Of a stretch of DNA of 64,000 nt, positions 42,389 to 56,217 are shown in pieces (within the stretch, counting starts at the first letter, position 1; every line of letters begins with the position of its first letter). Source of the stretch: Eledone cirrhosa (taxonomy: Eukaryota). Under the pieces are notes generated by a model. That model was not told where the DNA came from. It saw nothing but the letters and a program-made list of their open reading frames with translations, and did not search any database. The translations under genes were made by a program, and so were the position numbers. The stretch spans positions 17,670,001 through 17,734,000 of the forward strand of contig OZ024745.1 in assembly GCA_964016885.1 (NCBI GenBank). The letters run 5' to 3'.

Positions 42389-45300
42389 ACTTTGACTTTG
42401 ATAACTTTCATAGGTTTCGGACAGTATTGGCCCAGGCCATGTCTAACTTACTACCACCACCTGGTGAAGTCTTATCAATCAGGGTTTGGGCACCATGGCC
42501 CACTCTCGAGCAGAGAGTTATTATTTACCGAGGCATATCCGGGATTTCTTGAAGGAATTTGTCCAAAGACTTCTTGAACTTGATGCGGGTCTGTTTGTGT
42601 TTTTATGTGTTTTGGTGTAATGTTAAAGCGAGCAGGGCCAATTAAGGTGAAATAATTGTGCCGTATTGTTGTTATGAGATGCGAGTGAGATTTTTGTCGT
42701 GGGCGGATAGCACGAGGCCCAATCCTTAGGAGCACATTAAAGATGATGCCAACATCATTTGGGCTAAGCTGATGGAATATTTTCCACATCATGCAGATAA
42801 TCTAGCGCTCACGGCGACGTTGGAGAGAATAAAGGTTGAGCTTTTCTAATCGACTCCAATAGTCAAGGCCTGTCATGCCATCTATCTTTTTGGGGAATCG
42901 ATCTTTGGGGGGCTTCAACTTTCATGATACTTTGTTTCGTGTGGGGAGACCACAGTGAAAAACAGTATTCAAGGTGGGTTCGGGCAAAAGTGGAAAAGAG
43001 AAGGATAACAGTGTGGATATCTCTCGACTGGAAGGTTCTGAGAATCCAGGAACACTTTCTGCATTCCATGTTGCTTATATGAGTGGTCCAGATTATGTTG
43101 TTGTCAACAATTACTCCCAGGTCTCTGATGTTGTTGGATGCCACTAGAGTTTCACCCGAAGGAAGAGAGTATCGTAGTTTCAGGCATCCTTTTTTCCAAA
43201 GTGGATTAATTCAAACTTATCCTCATTCAACAGCATATTATTATTTTCTGTCCATTGGATAACAGCCAGTAGGTCTGACTGAAGGCAAGTCCGGTCACCC
43301 ACCTCATTGATGACCCTTTGGAGCTTGGAATCATTATGTTGCTGTGCTTGATGATGTCAGTAATTTCAATAATGTAGATGATGAAAAGAAGTGGGCCCAA
43401 GACAGTGCCTTGTGGACGCCACTGCTGACTTTGGCAGGGTTTGATTTTACTCCTTCAACTACAACATGTGGGGTTCTGTCTGACAGGAAACATTTGATAC
43501 ACTGTAGTAACTTTCCAGAGACACCAATAGTGGATAGTTCTTTCAGTAAAATCTTATGATAAACCCTGTCAAAGGCTTTGCTGAAATCAAGGTAGATGAC
43601 AGAGGTGTTGGAGCCCTCTCCCAAGGCTCTCAAAACATCGTAAAAGTGATACATGAGCTGCGTTAGGCAGACCCTTCCATTACGGAACCCATGGTGGTTA
43701 GAGCTCAGCAGGCCGTTGCTTTCAAGAAAGTAGGTTATTCGTGACCTCACCACACTCTCAAATACCTTGATAATATGAGAGGTGGGTGAGATCGGACGGT
43801 AGTTCACTGCAAGGGACTCATTTCCATTTTTGAAGACTGGGACAATGAACTGGGACAGGCAGTTTTCAGGAATATAGCCAGTGTCCAGTGAGTTCCTCCA
43901 CAGATTAGCAAGAGGAGATGAAAGTTGGTGTCGACACACCTGGACACGAGCAGAGAACCTGTCGGGGCCTACTGCCGAATTGTGTTTAATTTCGTTTATT
44001 GCCGCTAAGAAATCAGGGGCCCCAAACGTTATGTCCGATATAGTGTGTTGGGGATTAACGTTACTGATACAGCCCAGATCGGCCACATCAGGGTTGCTGA
44101 AAACAGAGCCGTATTATTTCTGCAGTATATCGCCCATGGCTGTGGAATTATCTTGGAGTGTGCCATTTTCATCAACTAGAGCGCCAACAGTGGAGACAGT
44201 GACCTTGTGTTTTTTAGCAAATGAAAGGAACACTTTGGGGTTGAGTTTCATTTTCTCAATGGCCCACCTCTCTTCAGCAGTTCTCTGGTTATTGGTGATG
44301 GTCATCATGCAGTGCTGGGGGTTATATTTTTTTTACTCAAGCAGGACGATAGCCATCGAATGTATGTGTTACTGTTGGAAGTATTTTAGTGTGTTAATTT
44401 TTTGTTTCTTCTTTTATTTTCTGATAATTGTTTTTCTGTTTTGGGGGATACTGCACTTAGTTTTGTTAACAGGTTTTGGTGGAGTGTGTTTTGTAAATAT
44501 ATTTGTGACAGTGTCTACAAATATCTGCCAAGATGTTTTAATGTTGGTGGAAATGTGTGCGAGTGTAAAAGACCATAAACATGTGATAGTTCGATCATAA
44601 TTGCATCCCAATTGGCATTGTAGAGATCCATGTTACCAAATTGGTGGGCTGGAAATGATTAGCTTTCAGCTGGTGGAATCTCAGGTTACAAAGAACCATG
44701 TCATGATCTGAGAGAAGGTTTTCTTTCCACTGTAATAGCATGTATAGTGTTAGTGTGGTTACTAACACTAGATCCAGAATGTTCTTCTGATGCCTTGTTG
44801 GTGCAAGGAGAAGTTGGGACAAGAAAGAATCATTCATGAAGTCAAGAAGTGACTCGACTGCTTCTTTGTCAGTGGTTGAGGTTGGAGTGGCTGATATCAA
44901 ACTGCTTGTAGACCAATCGACACAGGGTAGATTAAAGTCTCCCATCAAAAGTATGTTGCTAGAATGGCACTGTTTAATAAAGCATTTAATACTGTTGAGG
45001 CATTCTTTGAAGCAGATTATGGGTGTTTGTGGTGGCCTATAGAGACCAACTAATATCAGATCATTGGCTTTGTTGTGCACAGTGACTGATTCACAGTAGC
45101 TATTGGAGAATGTTGTGTTACCATCTGCTGTAAAGGAACCATGCAGGAAAATGGCAGTTCCACCCACCCTTCCTTCTGCCAACATGATCCGCGCGGATGG
45201 TTTTGAAATTCCTCACTCTTACGTCGGCCTCCAAGTGGGAGTTGTTAAGTTGGGTCTCAGTGAGAATGAAGAAGAGGATGTGAAATTGATGGTTACCAAC

Positions 45301-46600
45301 CCAATCGTCAATGAATTGGATTTTCCATTTCTGTGCATTGAAGGATTGGGTGATATCTTGTGTATTGAGTAACAAGGTGAAGGCTAGTGGGCTATCTGGT
45401 TTTGACTTGTTTTGAGAGCTGTTGGGTGATGTCTAAAAGCTTGTTCTGTATCTCTTTTACCAGGTTCATGTCTAAAAAAGAAAAACGTTCTTGTTCAGGG
45501 GGCAGTTTTTGATTGGATTTATGGTTACACCATTGGATAGGGTTGCAGTTCCCTCTTTTGGTGTTTTTGTTGTTGTATTTGTTGTTGTTGAAATCGTGTC
45601 TTTGTGAGAAGACTGGAGCAGCATTTCTTCAGCAGGGGGTGGCTTTATTGTGGTCTTGTGTTAGCATGGAGCCCCTTTTCTGTTCGTGCGTTGTGTCTCA
45701 GGAAGATGAGTGAAGGGACAACAGTCAGCAGACATAGTCTTTCACGTTGGGAATGTCGGCAGATTTTGGGAGTCCGACTTATGCGTGTGGGCAGCGTGCG
45801 TTGGTGTTTCCCGGCAGGTATACTGCGTCTAGTACCAGGTAAATGGGTAAATATGCAGTCGCTACGTGGTGCGTAGCCTCTGGTGTAGTGAGTAGCGGCA
45901 TATTTTGGGGTTTCTAGCTTGTGTAGTGGAGGGGTGCATACAGCTCCATAGATTTTTTTTAAAGTTCTTTTGACTACAGCATGACTGTGGTGCTGATGTG
46001 GGGGAAGAAAGCAGTTGTTTTTCATTGACATGGTAGTATATGATAGCGGCAGTGGTGGTGACGATGATGATGATGACAACTGTGGTGGAGGCTGTGAGAC
46101 TAGTGGGAGAGAAAGCAGTGGCCCATTACTAGCAGATGATGTGGCAGAAGATGATGACGGTGGTGATGATGATGGCAATAATGGTGGCTGAGAAAGTGGT
46201 GGAGGGATACTGTCGTTCAGTAACTCAGCTATTATGCTTGAATTCAGTAGTGGTGGCGGCGGTGGTGGCTCCTGAGTTTCTGGCTGTTGCTGTTGTTGTG
46301 GCTGTTGTTGTTGTTGGTGTGGCTGTTGTTGTTGTTGGTGTGGCTGTTGTTGTGTTTGACCATTGGAGTAAATACGTCGAAATTTTTCAAAATGGTTTTG
46401 AATTAGTCTGAAAGAGACTTCGACTTGTTTTAGTTTGTTGTGTATCTGCTTAGCAGACCTCGTGGTGAATGTTTGAGCAGTTTTTTCAGCAATCTCATTC
46501 AGACAGATAAAACCATGCATTTATTAAGAGGTCAATTTCATTATCAGACCACTTCCGTCTGATGTAGGCTTGCTGATCGGTAGTCATATTTTTTTCTTTT
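42388..46600 (-). mobile_element. Near full-length decayed CR1-type LINE
   Basis: ORF1 remnant 45645-46520 (polyQ, Pro/Ser-rich). APE motifs LTET, GGTAIF, LYRPP, MGDFN, ILDLV, SDH. RT motifs VPVFK, YRPIS, HGFR, YLDFSKAFD, DSKL, RDLGV, HLEYC. 3' tail of AAAGTT/C repeats. Confidence 0.9.
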
Positions 46601-46677
46601 CCTTGTGCGTTTTTAGATATTTGATATTTGATATTTGATGTGAGTGAGCCTTTGGTTTTTTGAAGAAATTAAAGAAG

Positions 46678-46760
<83 letters not shown>

Positions 46761-47188
46761 TCTCTTATGGATGTAAGTTTTGGTTGTTTGAGGAAGTTAA
46801 TATTTTTTGTGTATAATAATTTGTGTATATAATAATGTGTAGTTTAGAAAAGGTGCTTACGAGTTTGTAGCAAAAGCATGTGTAATTGTATATACCTTTT
46901 CCTTATGTGAGTGAGCCTTTGGTTATTTGAAGATATTAAAGTAGCGTTGAGAGTGGTATAGGCAGACCGCACCTGCCAGGTTTGTAAACAATTGTTTTTT
47001 TCTGAAGAATTTTTCTACGTCCATCCCTAAATTGGTCCTTTGTTCAACACACACATATGTGCGTATATACGTACATACACACACGGGCATATGTAGGAAT
47101 ATATAGGCACCAACAACTTAATTTATAAAATAATTTATTTTTTAAGAAAAATATTTTTCTAATCCGGAAAAAAATTCGAGTGGATTTG

Positions 47189-47412
47189 ATATTATTAGAA
47201 ATGTTAGCTATCGCCGTATTTTGACTAAAGAAATTAAAGACACTATTTAGCCTGATAGTGGGGTTAAGAACCCTCGGAGAAATGGAAAAAGATGAGTATT
47301 GACGTGTCAATACTCATCTTTTTCCATTTCTCCGAGGGTTCTTAACCCCACTATCAGGCTAAATAATGTCTTTAATTTCTTTAGTCAAAATACGGCGATA
47401 GCTAACATTTCT

Positions 47413-47420
<8 letters not shown>
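47189..47420. mobile_element. Near-perfect 232-bp palindromic MITE-like element next to (TA)n
   Basis: 115-bp arms around centre GAC-GT-GTC, one mismatch seen. Related copy at 61271-61456. Confidence 0.85.
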
Positions 47421-47469
<49 letters not shown>

Positions 47470-47476
<7 letters not shown>

Positions 47477-49596
47477 AAAATAACAGATTAAGGTTTAAGC
47501 AAAGAATCGCTGCTTTCACCCTTAACGGGATCTTCTGAAACTAATAAAGTCAATCAGTGAACGCAAAAGTGAATATTTCAAAAAACGTTGCAACCGGAGG
47601 AAGACAGGAAGACGATAATTTGGTTCGTGAAAACGTTCCCTGGCAAAGAACGGTAAAAAACGAATATAATACGTCATTATTTGGAGCGGTGAAAAACAAT
47701 TACACGCAAAGACAAAACCACGTCTATGGTATAAAAGAAGTCGTAGACTAATATTCTCTTAGCTGGTTCATAGAGACGTTCTCTGGAAATGAACGAAAAA
47801 AACGAAGATAATACGTCATATGTGGAGCGTGGAGAACAATTGCACGCAAAGACAAAACCACGTAAATGGTATAACTGAAGTCGTAGACTAAAATTCTTAC
47901 TAGGAAACCGAATTATTCTCCGCTTCAGAGTTAAGAATAAAGTATATAAAATACAGAGGTATTTGAAATTAAATAAATACATACACGCATCCATATACGT
48001 ACATACACAAGGATACGCGAAAACACTCGTCATAGGTATACAAATACGCGCACATATAAATATATGTGTGTGTGTGTGTGCGTGTATACAAATAATTAAA
48101 TAAACGTATATAAATAAATAAATACGTATATAACAAGCGCACACACATACCTACATGTAAATACACAAAAGTTCGGAGACGTACGTCAACCAAAACACGA
48201 AGTACACATATACACACACCCTACATACGTACGAACCCGCATACTCACACAGACGCAAAACTCACGTATACACATAACCAAAAGAATATGTACCAGAATA
48301 TATAAAATATACGCAATAACATATACAATCAAATATACGTATGAGAAAGTATACGTACCTTCACAAAACATACAGGTAATATATACTTACCTATACAAAT
48401 AAGTAATGGTATAAACATAACATATTCTTAACTACCACATCAAGACGTAAAATACCCGCGTATAGATCGTACTATCCGTTAGGGTATAATGTGGGGCTGT
48501 AATACAGGAACGTTTTGTGCAATTCATGTTTACAAGCCAAAATTGCCTCAGACTTTTTGCTTAAGATGTGGTCTGTGGCTTAGAGTATTTCCAGGGCCTC
48601 AGTGGCGCAGAGGTCGCATGGTCTTTTATTTCCGTTATACTATCTAGCCCTAGCTAGGATCTCCCAGTGTAACTTATATTGGGTGTGGTTGTCTTTTAGA
48701 CTCCAGATATAAGCTGAAAGTGACGTCATATTCCTTCTTAGAGGGTAACGAAAAGAATGGGTATGCATGTAACGATGCTGCTTGAATCTATTGGCGGTTA
48801 ACCCTATGTAGGCACTATGGGACGTGGGTGTTTCAACCTTACATTTGTAGACAATGTTACTAGAGAGGCATTTGCCTGATAGGGGGCAATCAATTACAGT
48901 TAGTATTAACTATAGGGTTGCACGTGTTCCTACGGCTAGGTAGTTTATCTAAATTTGAAGCTGTGATGTTATTTACAATGTTAGGAGTCGTAGAGTAAGA
49001 CATTTTGATAGTATTTCTATTAAAGATTTTACTATATTTATGTGTAGGGGGATAATGCTTTGTAATAAGGGATAGAAAGATCTTAGCTGAGGGTGTGGCC
49101 ACCTCCATATTATATGGTGGGTTATACCATATAATGCGTCGGTATCTATTTTCTCTAGGTCTATTCTCGTACTTTGTATATGTACCTTATCGACAAATCC
49201 ACTCCGAGCAAGAGCTTCATTGTAATATGTGGAATGGTCGATGAAAATGTGCTCGTTAGTAGATAGACGGGAAAGCCTCAAAGAAACGTTTCTTACCAGG
49301 TTCTTGGTTATGCTGGCAGGATGGTTAGAATGCTTTCTTATGTAATTAAGCGTATCGTTCCGCTTTCTATACGGGTGATACAAGCCATTCAATAAATTGA
49401 GGGTAACGTCGAGGTAATTAACGACCGAGAGGTTGGCATCAACCTGTATAGAGAGGTTGAAGCCTTTAAAGAAGGCTGTGAGTTCTTTTCTGAACCTGTA
49501 GCAAGCACGTGGGCCGCACTTAGTCATGGTCAAAAGACCATTATCACGGTACAAACCACTATCCTTATCGAGCCCTCTTTGGATTTTAGTCTTCAA
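47470..49596 (-). mobile_element. 5'-truncated decayed Penelope-like element, same clade as 33359-35548
   Basis: GLYRDNGL, NYLDVTL, SNHP, TIKMSYSTTPN, GIY-YIG remnant (IVYKC..AYIGLT..YIWSLK..CDLC) down to about 48540. 3' UTR with a roughly 140-bp duplication at 47620-47898. Confidence 0.87.
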
Positions 49597-49611
49597 ATCT
49601 ATTATTATTAC

Positions 49612-49665
<54 letters not shown>

Positions 49666-49999
49666 CTCTTTTATGGGTGTGAGCTTTGGTTATTTGGTTG
49701 TTTGAGGATATTAAAAGTTTTTGGTTATTTGGTTGTTTGATGATATTAAGAGAAAAGAGAATGTATATAATAATCTGTAGTTAAGAAAACGTACTTATCA
49801 GTTTGTAAGAAAAACACGTGGTTACAAATATATATAAATATATATGTACTGCCAGTTAGGCCTTAAATGTGGGAAGTTTGCTACTGACTTGGTGGGAGAG
49901 CAATACAAATACGTATGTTCACTTCAACAGTCTAATATGCGCTCTAATTCCTGCTACTAACTTTCTCTCTCACTCACTTATTGAATTGTTTAAGTTGTG

Positions 50000-50620
50000 A
50001 AATAGACTAGTTTACACACGTTGCTGTCGCTACCAGCACGCAACTCTACATCGCTGTATAGTAGATGCTGGCATTTAATGTCCGATAGAGGTTCTTGGCA
50101 CTACCACTGTTAGCATCGCCATGGGACTTGGAGACTGGAGCCGAATGCTACCATTCTACTATACCACGATGTTGGCCTGCTTTTTCTACTAACCAACTTG
50201 TCACTATTTATTAAATTGTGTTTGAGACATGTTGGGTGAGAGCTTTTGACAGGAGCGGAAATATTTGTTTCCTAATCACCTGTAAAGCGGTGGCCGATCG
50301 GAGGAAAGAGTTGTATCAGATTCCAGTTGCTAATCACTTTACTGGTCGGTCGGCGCAATCAGTCATAGCCGTCATGAACTGGAGTTCAATTCTGTCGATT
50401 AAGTGATACCCGTTGATGAATCCACATGTGCCGATTATGTATTGTTGCATAATATATGCAGACAGATGGTGCAGTGCCCGCTACTGCTGCATTAAGTGTG
50501 GTCGAAACTCGAGTCCGGGAATTACTATAGGCACACGTTTACGTGTGTTGTATTGAAGCGAATAACTATGTGTATACTCTGGGAATGTATTCTACATTAC
50601 CTATTGAGTACGCTGAGATA
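50000..50620 (-). mobile_element. Possible highly decayed Gypsy gag remnant
   Basis: GC-richer island with scattered loose matches (FDH, DRP, LFLR..LQVI, RLQSPSP..KCQ) in gag order. No ORF. Confidence 0.3.
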
Positions 50621-50777
50621 CAACCGATCCTGGCATTGATAAATATGGTGGGTCCGTCAACTCCTTATTATATATATATATAGATATATTGGCAAAGAAC
50701 AAAACAAAAACAAGGAGTGCAGTACGAACAGTGTTGGTATTAGGTTCACGTTTGAGAGTGGAGGAGGGGGACGACGT

Positions 50778-50856
<79 letters not shown>

Positions 50857-50944
50857 GTATGAGGTGAGTTTTATTGTAGCACAATAAAGCAATGCAAATA
50901 TCGGATAAGTACCACTCTACAGTTTGGAGGACTGGAGTATAAAT

Positions 50945-53652
50945 AATATAAGATCAAAAGACGGTTAAAAGAGTTCCAAGTAAATATGTAAGGAAGAAAA
51001 AAAATATCTAACGTCAAAGAGTATATATGTTTACGAAAATCTTCTAATGGTAATATTATAATATATTAAAAAAATATAGTTTTAATGGGCAATAATACGA
51101 CGAAAATGGAAAAATGGATAATGCTGTAATGAGTAATAATATGAATTGAGTGAGTAATTGGGAAGAAAAAGTACAGATTAGAAATTAGAAATTAAAAAAG
51201 AAAAAAGGCAGAAAGGAATTTTTAATTCTTTAAATCGGAAAATTCCTCAACTTCGCGGTGAAATTTATCGTGACAATGGCCTTAATATTATTAAGAACAA
51301 TATACGTGATTTATTTAAGCACCATAACCTTATAAATTGAATTTGATAACAACGTCAAACTAGCTAACTTCTTGGATATATCCCTTAATCTTGACACTGG
51401 CCTATATTACCTTTACCATAAAAACAATGAGAATTTAAATTATGTTAATTTTAAATCTAACCACCCCACTAACGTTAAAAATGCTATAGCCAGTAATATT
51501 GAAAAAAGAATCTCAAATCTATTCTCTAATTAAGATATCTTCGAGGCTAATGCCAATTACTATAATAATGCGCTTTCCAAAGCCGGTTATCCTGATCAAA
51601 TTAAATACAGTAAGGAAACTAATCATGGAAGGTCTTATAGTAAAATAGTTAATTATGAACATTCCAATAACTTAAATAAAAGACCTAGATACAAATAAAA
51701 TAATTTGTATAATGCCCCTTTTTTTCTCTATCTATTAATAATATTTCTAAACTATTCTTTAAGGCCTTAGGAAATGCTTCCCTCCCTCACATATATATAG
51801 GAAAATCTTTAACAAACATACAATCAAATGTTCTTATTCCACCACTTCCAACATCTCTAACATTATCTCTAAACACAACAATAAAATATTAAATAATAAA
51901 TTACATCCTTCCAACACTGAGCGTCATAATAATAGCAACAGTAATCCCGACGTCATTGTTAACTCTAGGCTAGATTCTGTAAATTTAAATACGACGTCAA
52001 ACGTAACTTCGTTGAATGTTCACAATACCAATCTAAATCAGGAAACTATAGTTCCTATCGTAAATAACTTCTCCAATCCAATTCCTTCTATAAATAATAC
52101 TAGGTCACTTGTTAATAACTCTGTTAATTTCTCTAATCGTAAATTGTAATTGCCCTGTTAGAAATAAGTGTCATCTTAATAACCAATGTCTTGATAAAAA
52201 CTTAGTGTATGAATGTAAGGTTATAACTGATACTAATTCTTTTACCTATTTCGGTTCCACTTCCACTTTTTTTAAACTAGATTTTATAATCACAAATCGA
52301 CTTTTAAATACCAACTTAAAAGAACTAACACGACACTCTCGGAACTCATATGGTCCTTAAAAGACAACAATATTAACTATAACATCTCTTGGAGCACGGT
52401 TTGCACCGCCTTTCATTACCTGAATTCTTCCCTATCCAGAACATGTAATCTCTGCCTAGCCGAGAAATGTACCATTATATCTAATTTCAATTCTATAATA
52501 AATAGACGCACGGATATATGTTCGCTCTGCTTGCATAATCCCATAGAACATTCCATAAAGTATACAGCTAATATCTCAATACCTAATTAGTTTAAAATCT
52601 TCCTTTTTCTCAAAGGCTTTTATATATCTTTTACAAATATACCAATGTTTCTACCTTATTTCAGTATTATATATTATATAATACAATTTACTCATTCTAT
52701 GTCGTAATGATCCCCTATCTTTCTTCTTTATCATTTTCCTTTCTTCCTTTTTTCTTTTTTAATTTCTCTAATCTGTACTTTTTCTTCCCAATTACTCACT
52801 CAATTCATATTATTACTCACTACAGCATTATCCATTTTTCCATTTTCCTCATATTATTGGCCTTTAAAACTATATTTTTTTAGTATATTATAATATTACC
52901 ACTAGAAAATGTTCGTAAACATATATACTTTTTGATGTTAGATATTTTTCCTCCTGAAACTTTCTTTTTTCTTCTCTCCTTCCGTGCTCATTTTAAGCAT
53001 ACTTTTTACGTTTACATATTACAATATATAAAAACAAACTTAAACCCTAACTAATTCCTCTAAATTCATAATTCATTTATTCTTCTTCTTTTACATTATA
53101 TCCTTAATATCATTAATATTTATATTTTAATAATACATATTAATAAACTCCTTTTTCGCACATATTATTAAACCCTTCAATATACAAACCTTAATTTAAT
53201 ACTATTCTTAATTCCTTTTTCTTCATTCATAAACCTCATTAACTTTTAATTTCAAAATCTTTTAAATTATCTATTATCTTCCAACGGTTTTTTAATTTCT
53301 CTCTGTGAGACAATGTTTTCTCAGTTGTAAAGGCTATTTTTCGCTCTCTATCACTCATTTCTCCTCCTCTTTCACCCTTCCTTCTTATAGTCCTCCCCCA
53401 CCATCCTTTATTTTTCTTTCTTCCACTTCCTTACCTTTTCCTACCACCCCCCTCATTTTTTCCCAATCTCATATATCCATCTTAGTTTATTTTTCATATG
53501 TTGATTTAAAACTTCACTGCTCACAAATGTTTTTAATCTTCATATCATGTCTCCCTATTTTATCTGATGAGAACGCAGATATCATCCCATGATGATATTT
53601 GTTTTTGAAATGCGCATAATAAAATACTTGGAACTCTTTTAACTATCTTTTT

Positions 53653-53660
<8 letters not shown>
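50945..53660 (+). mobile_element. Decayed 5'-truncated Penelope-like element with inverted 5' segment
   Basis: YRDNGL (51266), NFLDISL, SNHP, CNCPVRNKCHLNNQC, LVY..YFG, CNLCLAE. 51000-51217 is the reverse complement of 52737-52949, and 50947-50982 is the reverse complement of 53625-53660. Confidence 0.87.
53556..53626 (+). ncRNA. Type I minimal hammerhead ribozyme, canonical core
   Basis: Stem I TATTTTAT/ATAAAATA, CTGATGA, stem II of about 15 bp with CCAT loop, GAAA, palindromic ATGCGCAT stem III, AUA cleavage after 53618. Confidence 0.85.
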
Positions 53661-53698
<38 letters not shown>

Positions 53699-53860
53699 TA
53701 GAACACTGGAAGGTAATATCCGTAGTACTAGATCATTCAGTCCATGGGACGAGTTTGGTAGATGTAATAACACAACAGTTAGTTCACCATACTGCATAAG
53801 GTGAAACAATTGTTCTCGGTATGGTGAACTAACTGTTGCGTTACTACTTCTATATATATA

Positions 53861-54067
53861 TCATCATAATCATCATCATCATCATTTTTACGTTCGCTTT
53901 TCACAGCTTTGCGAGGGTGGGACAGGTCCTATTCAGCATAGCAGTTCTCCACTTGTCACGGACTTTCGTCATCTCCTCCGTGAGATTAGGCGATCTAAGG
54001 TCTGCTCTCACCACCTCCACCCATGTTTTTCGTGCTCTTCCTCTACTGCGTCTTCCTTCTACTGGTT
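53861..54067 (-). mobile_element. RTE LINE 3' end with (GAT)n tail
   Basis: Minus strand PVEGRRSRGRARKTWVEVVRADL..RDKWR, then (ATG)n tail. Confidence 0.82.
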
Positions 54068-54223
54068 GACGGTTGAGAGAAAGGAGTATTCGATACCGAA
54101 GTTGAGTTTAAATATTCATCTCATTAAGGCTAAATAATGAGATTAATATTTAAACGTGATACTTTGGAGTGGTTAAACAGGCGAAGTGTAAGAAAACTCA
54201 CTAATTGGCCTTAACAAAATGTC

Positions 54224-54278
<55 letters not shown>

Positions 54279-54407
54279 ATGTGCGTATGAGTGTGTTTGT
54301 GTGTGTGTGTGTATGTGTGCATGTGTTTAATATCAGTATCAATATTCAAATCGCTACATGACTGTGCATGAGTGCTTACTAATTTATTAATATTTGATAA
54401 ATATAAA

Positions 54408-54512
54408 TAATTGTTTCTACTTTTGGCACAAGGCCAGCAATTACTCAGTGAATTACTGGTACTTTATTTTATCGACCCTGTAAGGTTGAAAGGCAAAGTT
54501 AACCTCGGTGGA
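54408..54512 (-). mobile_element. 5'-truncated SINE family A copy
   Basis: Matches the 3' half of family A. Confidence 0.82.
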
Positions 54513-55099
54513 ATACTTGAATAAATCTGTTAAGCTATAGCAGGAGACTGGAGAAATTGACCACAGACTCATATAAATATTATGTTAGATATATTTAGTT
54601 GCTTCTGATATATTGTTCGAAAACCGCTACAAAGACTCCACAGCTATTAGAGAATCACGGGATGTGAGAGAAAGTTCTGACAGAGTATACGAACTCAAAG
54701 ACGTGGTGGTTCCTTTATTACATATTGACACCATGGAGTTATTTCCCTCTGTGTTATGACGGTATCTTTCGAATATGTATTCTCAGAGAAATTTTATTTT
54801 ACGGTATCTTATAAACTTACTTTCTGGACACATGGTCAAATTTGGGGATGGTTATCTTGGGTAACGCTTTTGATCCGTGTATGAACATAAATATATATAT
54901 ACATATACACAGATAAATACACCAATTAATGGTAGGGTCCAAGTCGTATGAAGAACTCAATGTAATCCGTATGTAGAAGATGTCGTGAAGGAAAGTTTAA
55001 AATACAAAATTTCACCGATATAATTCATTGGATGCAGAGTCAAAATAATACAAATAGTGAAAACAATGAAATTAAACAGAATACGGTTAATTCATAGTA

Positions 55100-55244
55100 A
55101 AACTCATTATTTTACGATCGTTTCTGGGGGGCAGTTCTCCGTATATTCATTCTATCAGTGATCTATGTAAAATATATTACAAATTATCATAGTAAGAAAA
55201 TATACATACGTATTCCCTATGCCGTCTTCAGAAATAATGAGTTT
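55100..55244 (-). ncRNA. Type I hammerhead motif with about 100-nt stem II insert, in a pLTR remnant (about 54900-55880)
   Basis: 13-bp stem I AAACTCATTATTT/AAATAATGAGTTT, CTGAAGA, GAAA-C-GATC-GTA. Base of stem II is imperfect. Confidence 0.72.
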
Positions 55245-55878
55245 GCTTTATTGAAGAATATAAAACATGTATGAATAAGTAACAATTTAAGAACAAGGTT
55301 GAGATTGACCAAAAGTAAAAATAGGAAGGATCATTAAGCTGCTAGTAGTAGATGTGTAAATTAGTAGTCAGGGTATGAGGTATCGAATGACCTTTAAGAA
55401 AATAAAAGAAAGTTGCGAGTGTAAATGAATTTAGACAGATTGTATAGAAAGGTATGACGGTCAAGGAAGATGAAAGTTGGAGGAAATGGTGTGCAAAAAT
55501 CAGTGTGTTATATCTAGTAGAATAGTATAGAACAATCCTAAATATTTGTTATTTCTTAGTTCAAGAGGAATAATTTGTTCTAAATATAGAACAAGTAGAT
55601 GGAACCAAAGAAAAGTAAAATTTAGGTAAAAGATTACATAAAAAAATATATATGTAAGAAAATAATAAAATTTGTGTAAGTATTGTATTGTGTTAGAGTG
55701 GTCTGAATGAAGTTTTACCTGTAGGGAATTTTATTTTCAAATAAGAAATCTCATTAATAATCTGGTTTTCTTAATAGCATGTCTGTTAAAGTTTTGTTAG
55801 ATTGTTGAATATAATGTAATATATAGTGGTCATTAATAGTTAATTATTTAAAACAGTTATAGGGTTGAGATATAGGAT

Positions 55879-55983
<105 letters not shown>

Positions 55984-56217
55984 AAGGTATCTATTGAGTT
56001 AGAAACAAAAAGAAGTCTCTTACAAGTAAATAGTTGAAGGAAAGAGATTTTACCGAGCCGTATACGATCCTGTTTGTCTGTCTGTATGTGTGGTGGTGGA
56101 AGGTGAAGCCCCACACTTACTACCCCCTCTCACATACACGCACACGCTCACACACACGCACACACACACACACACGCTTACACCTCCACTTATTCTCTCT
56201 CACACACACACACATAC

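Noticed and set aside
47501-47540. Hammerhead-like CAGAAGA-TCCC/GGG-GAAA on the minus strand at the PLE 3' end
   Set aside because: Position is right, but the core is mutated and stems I and III cannot be formed. At most a dead remnant.
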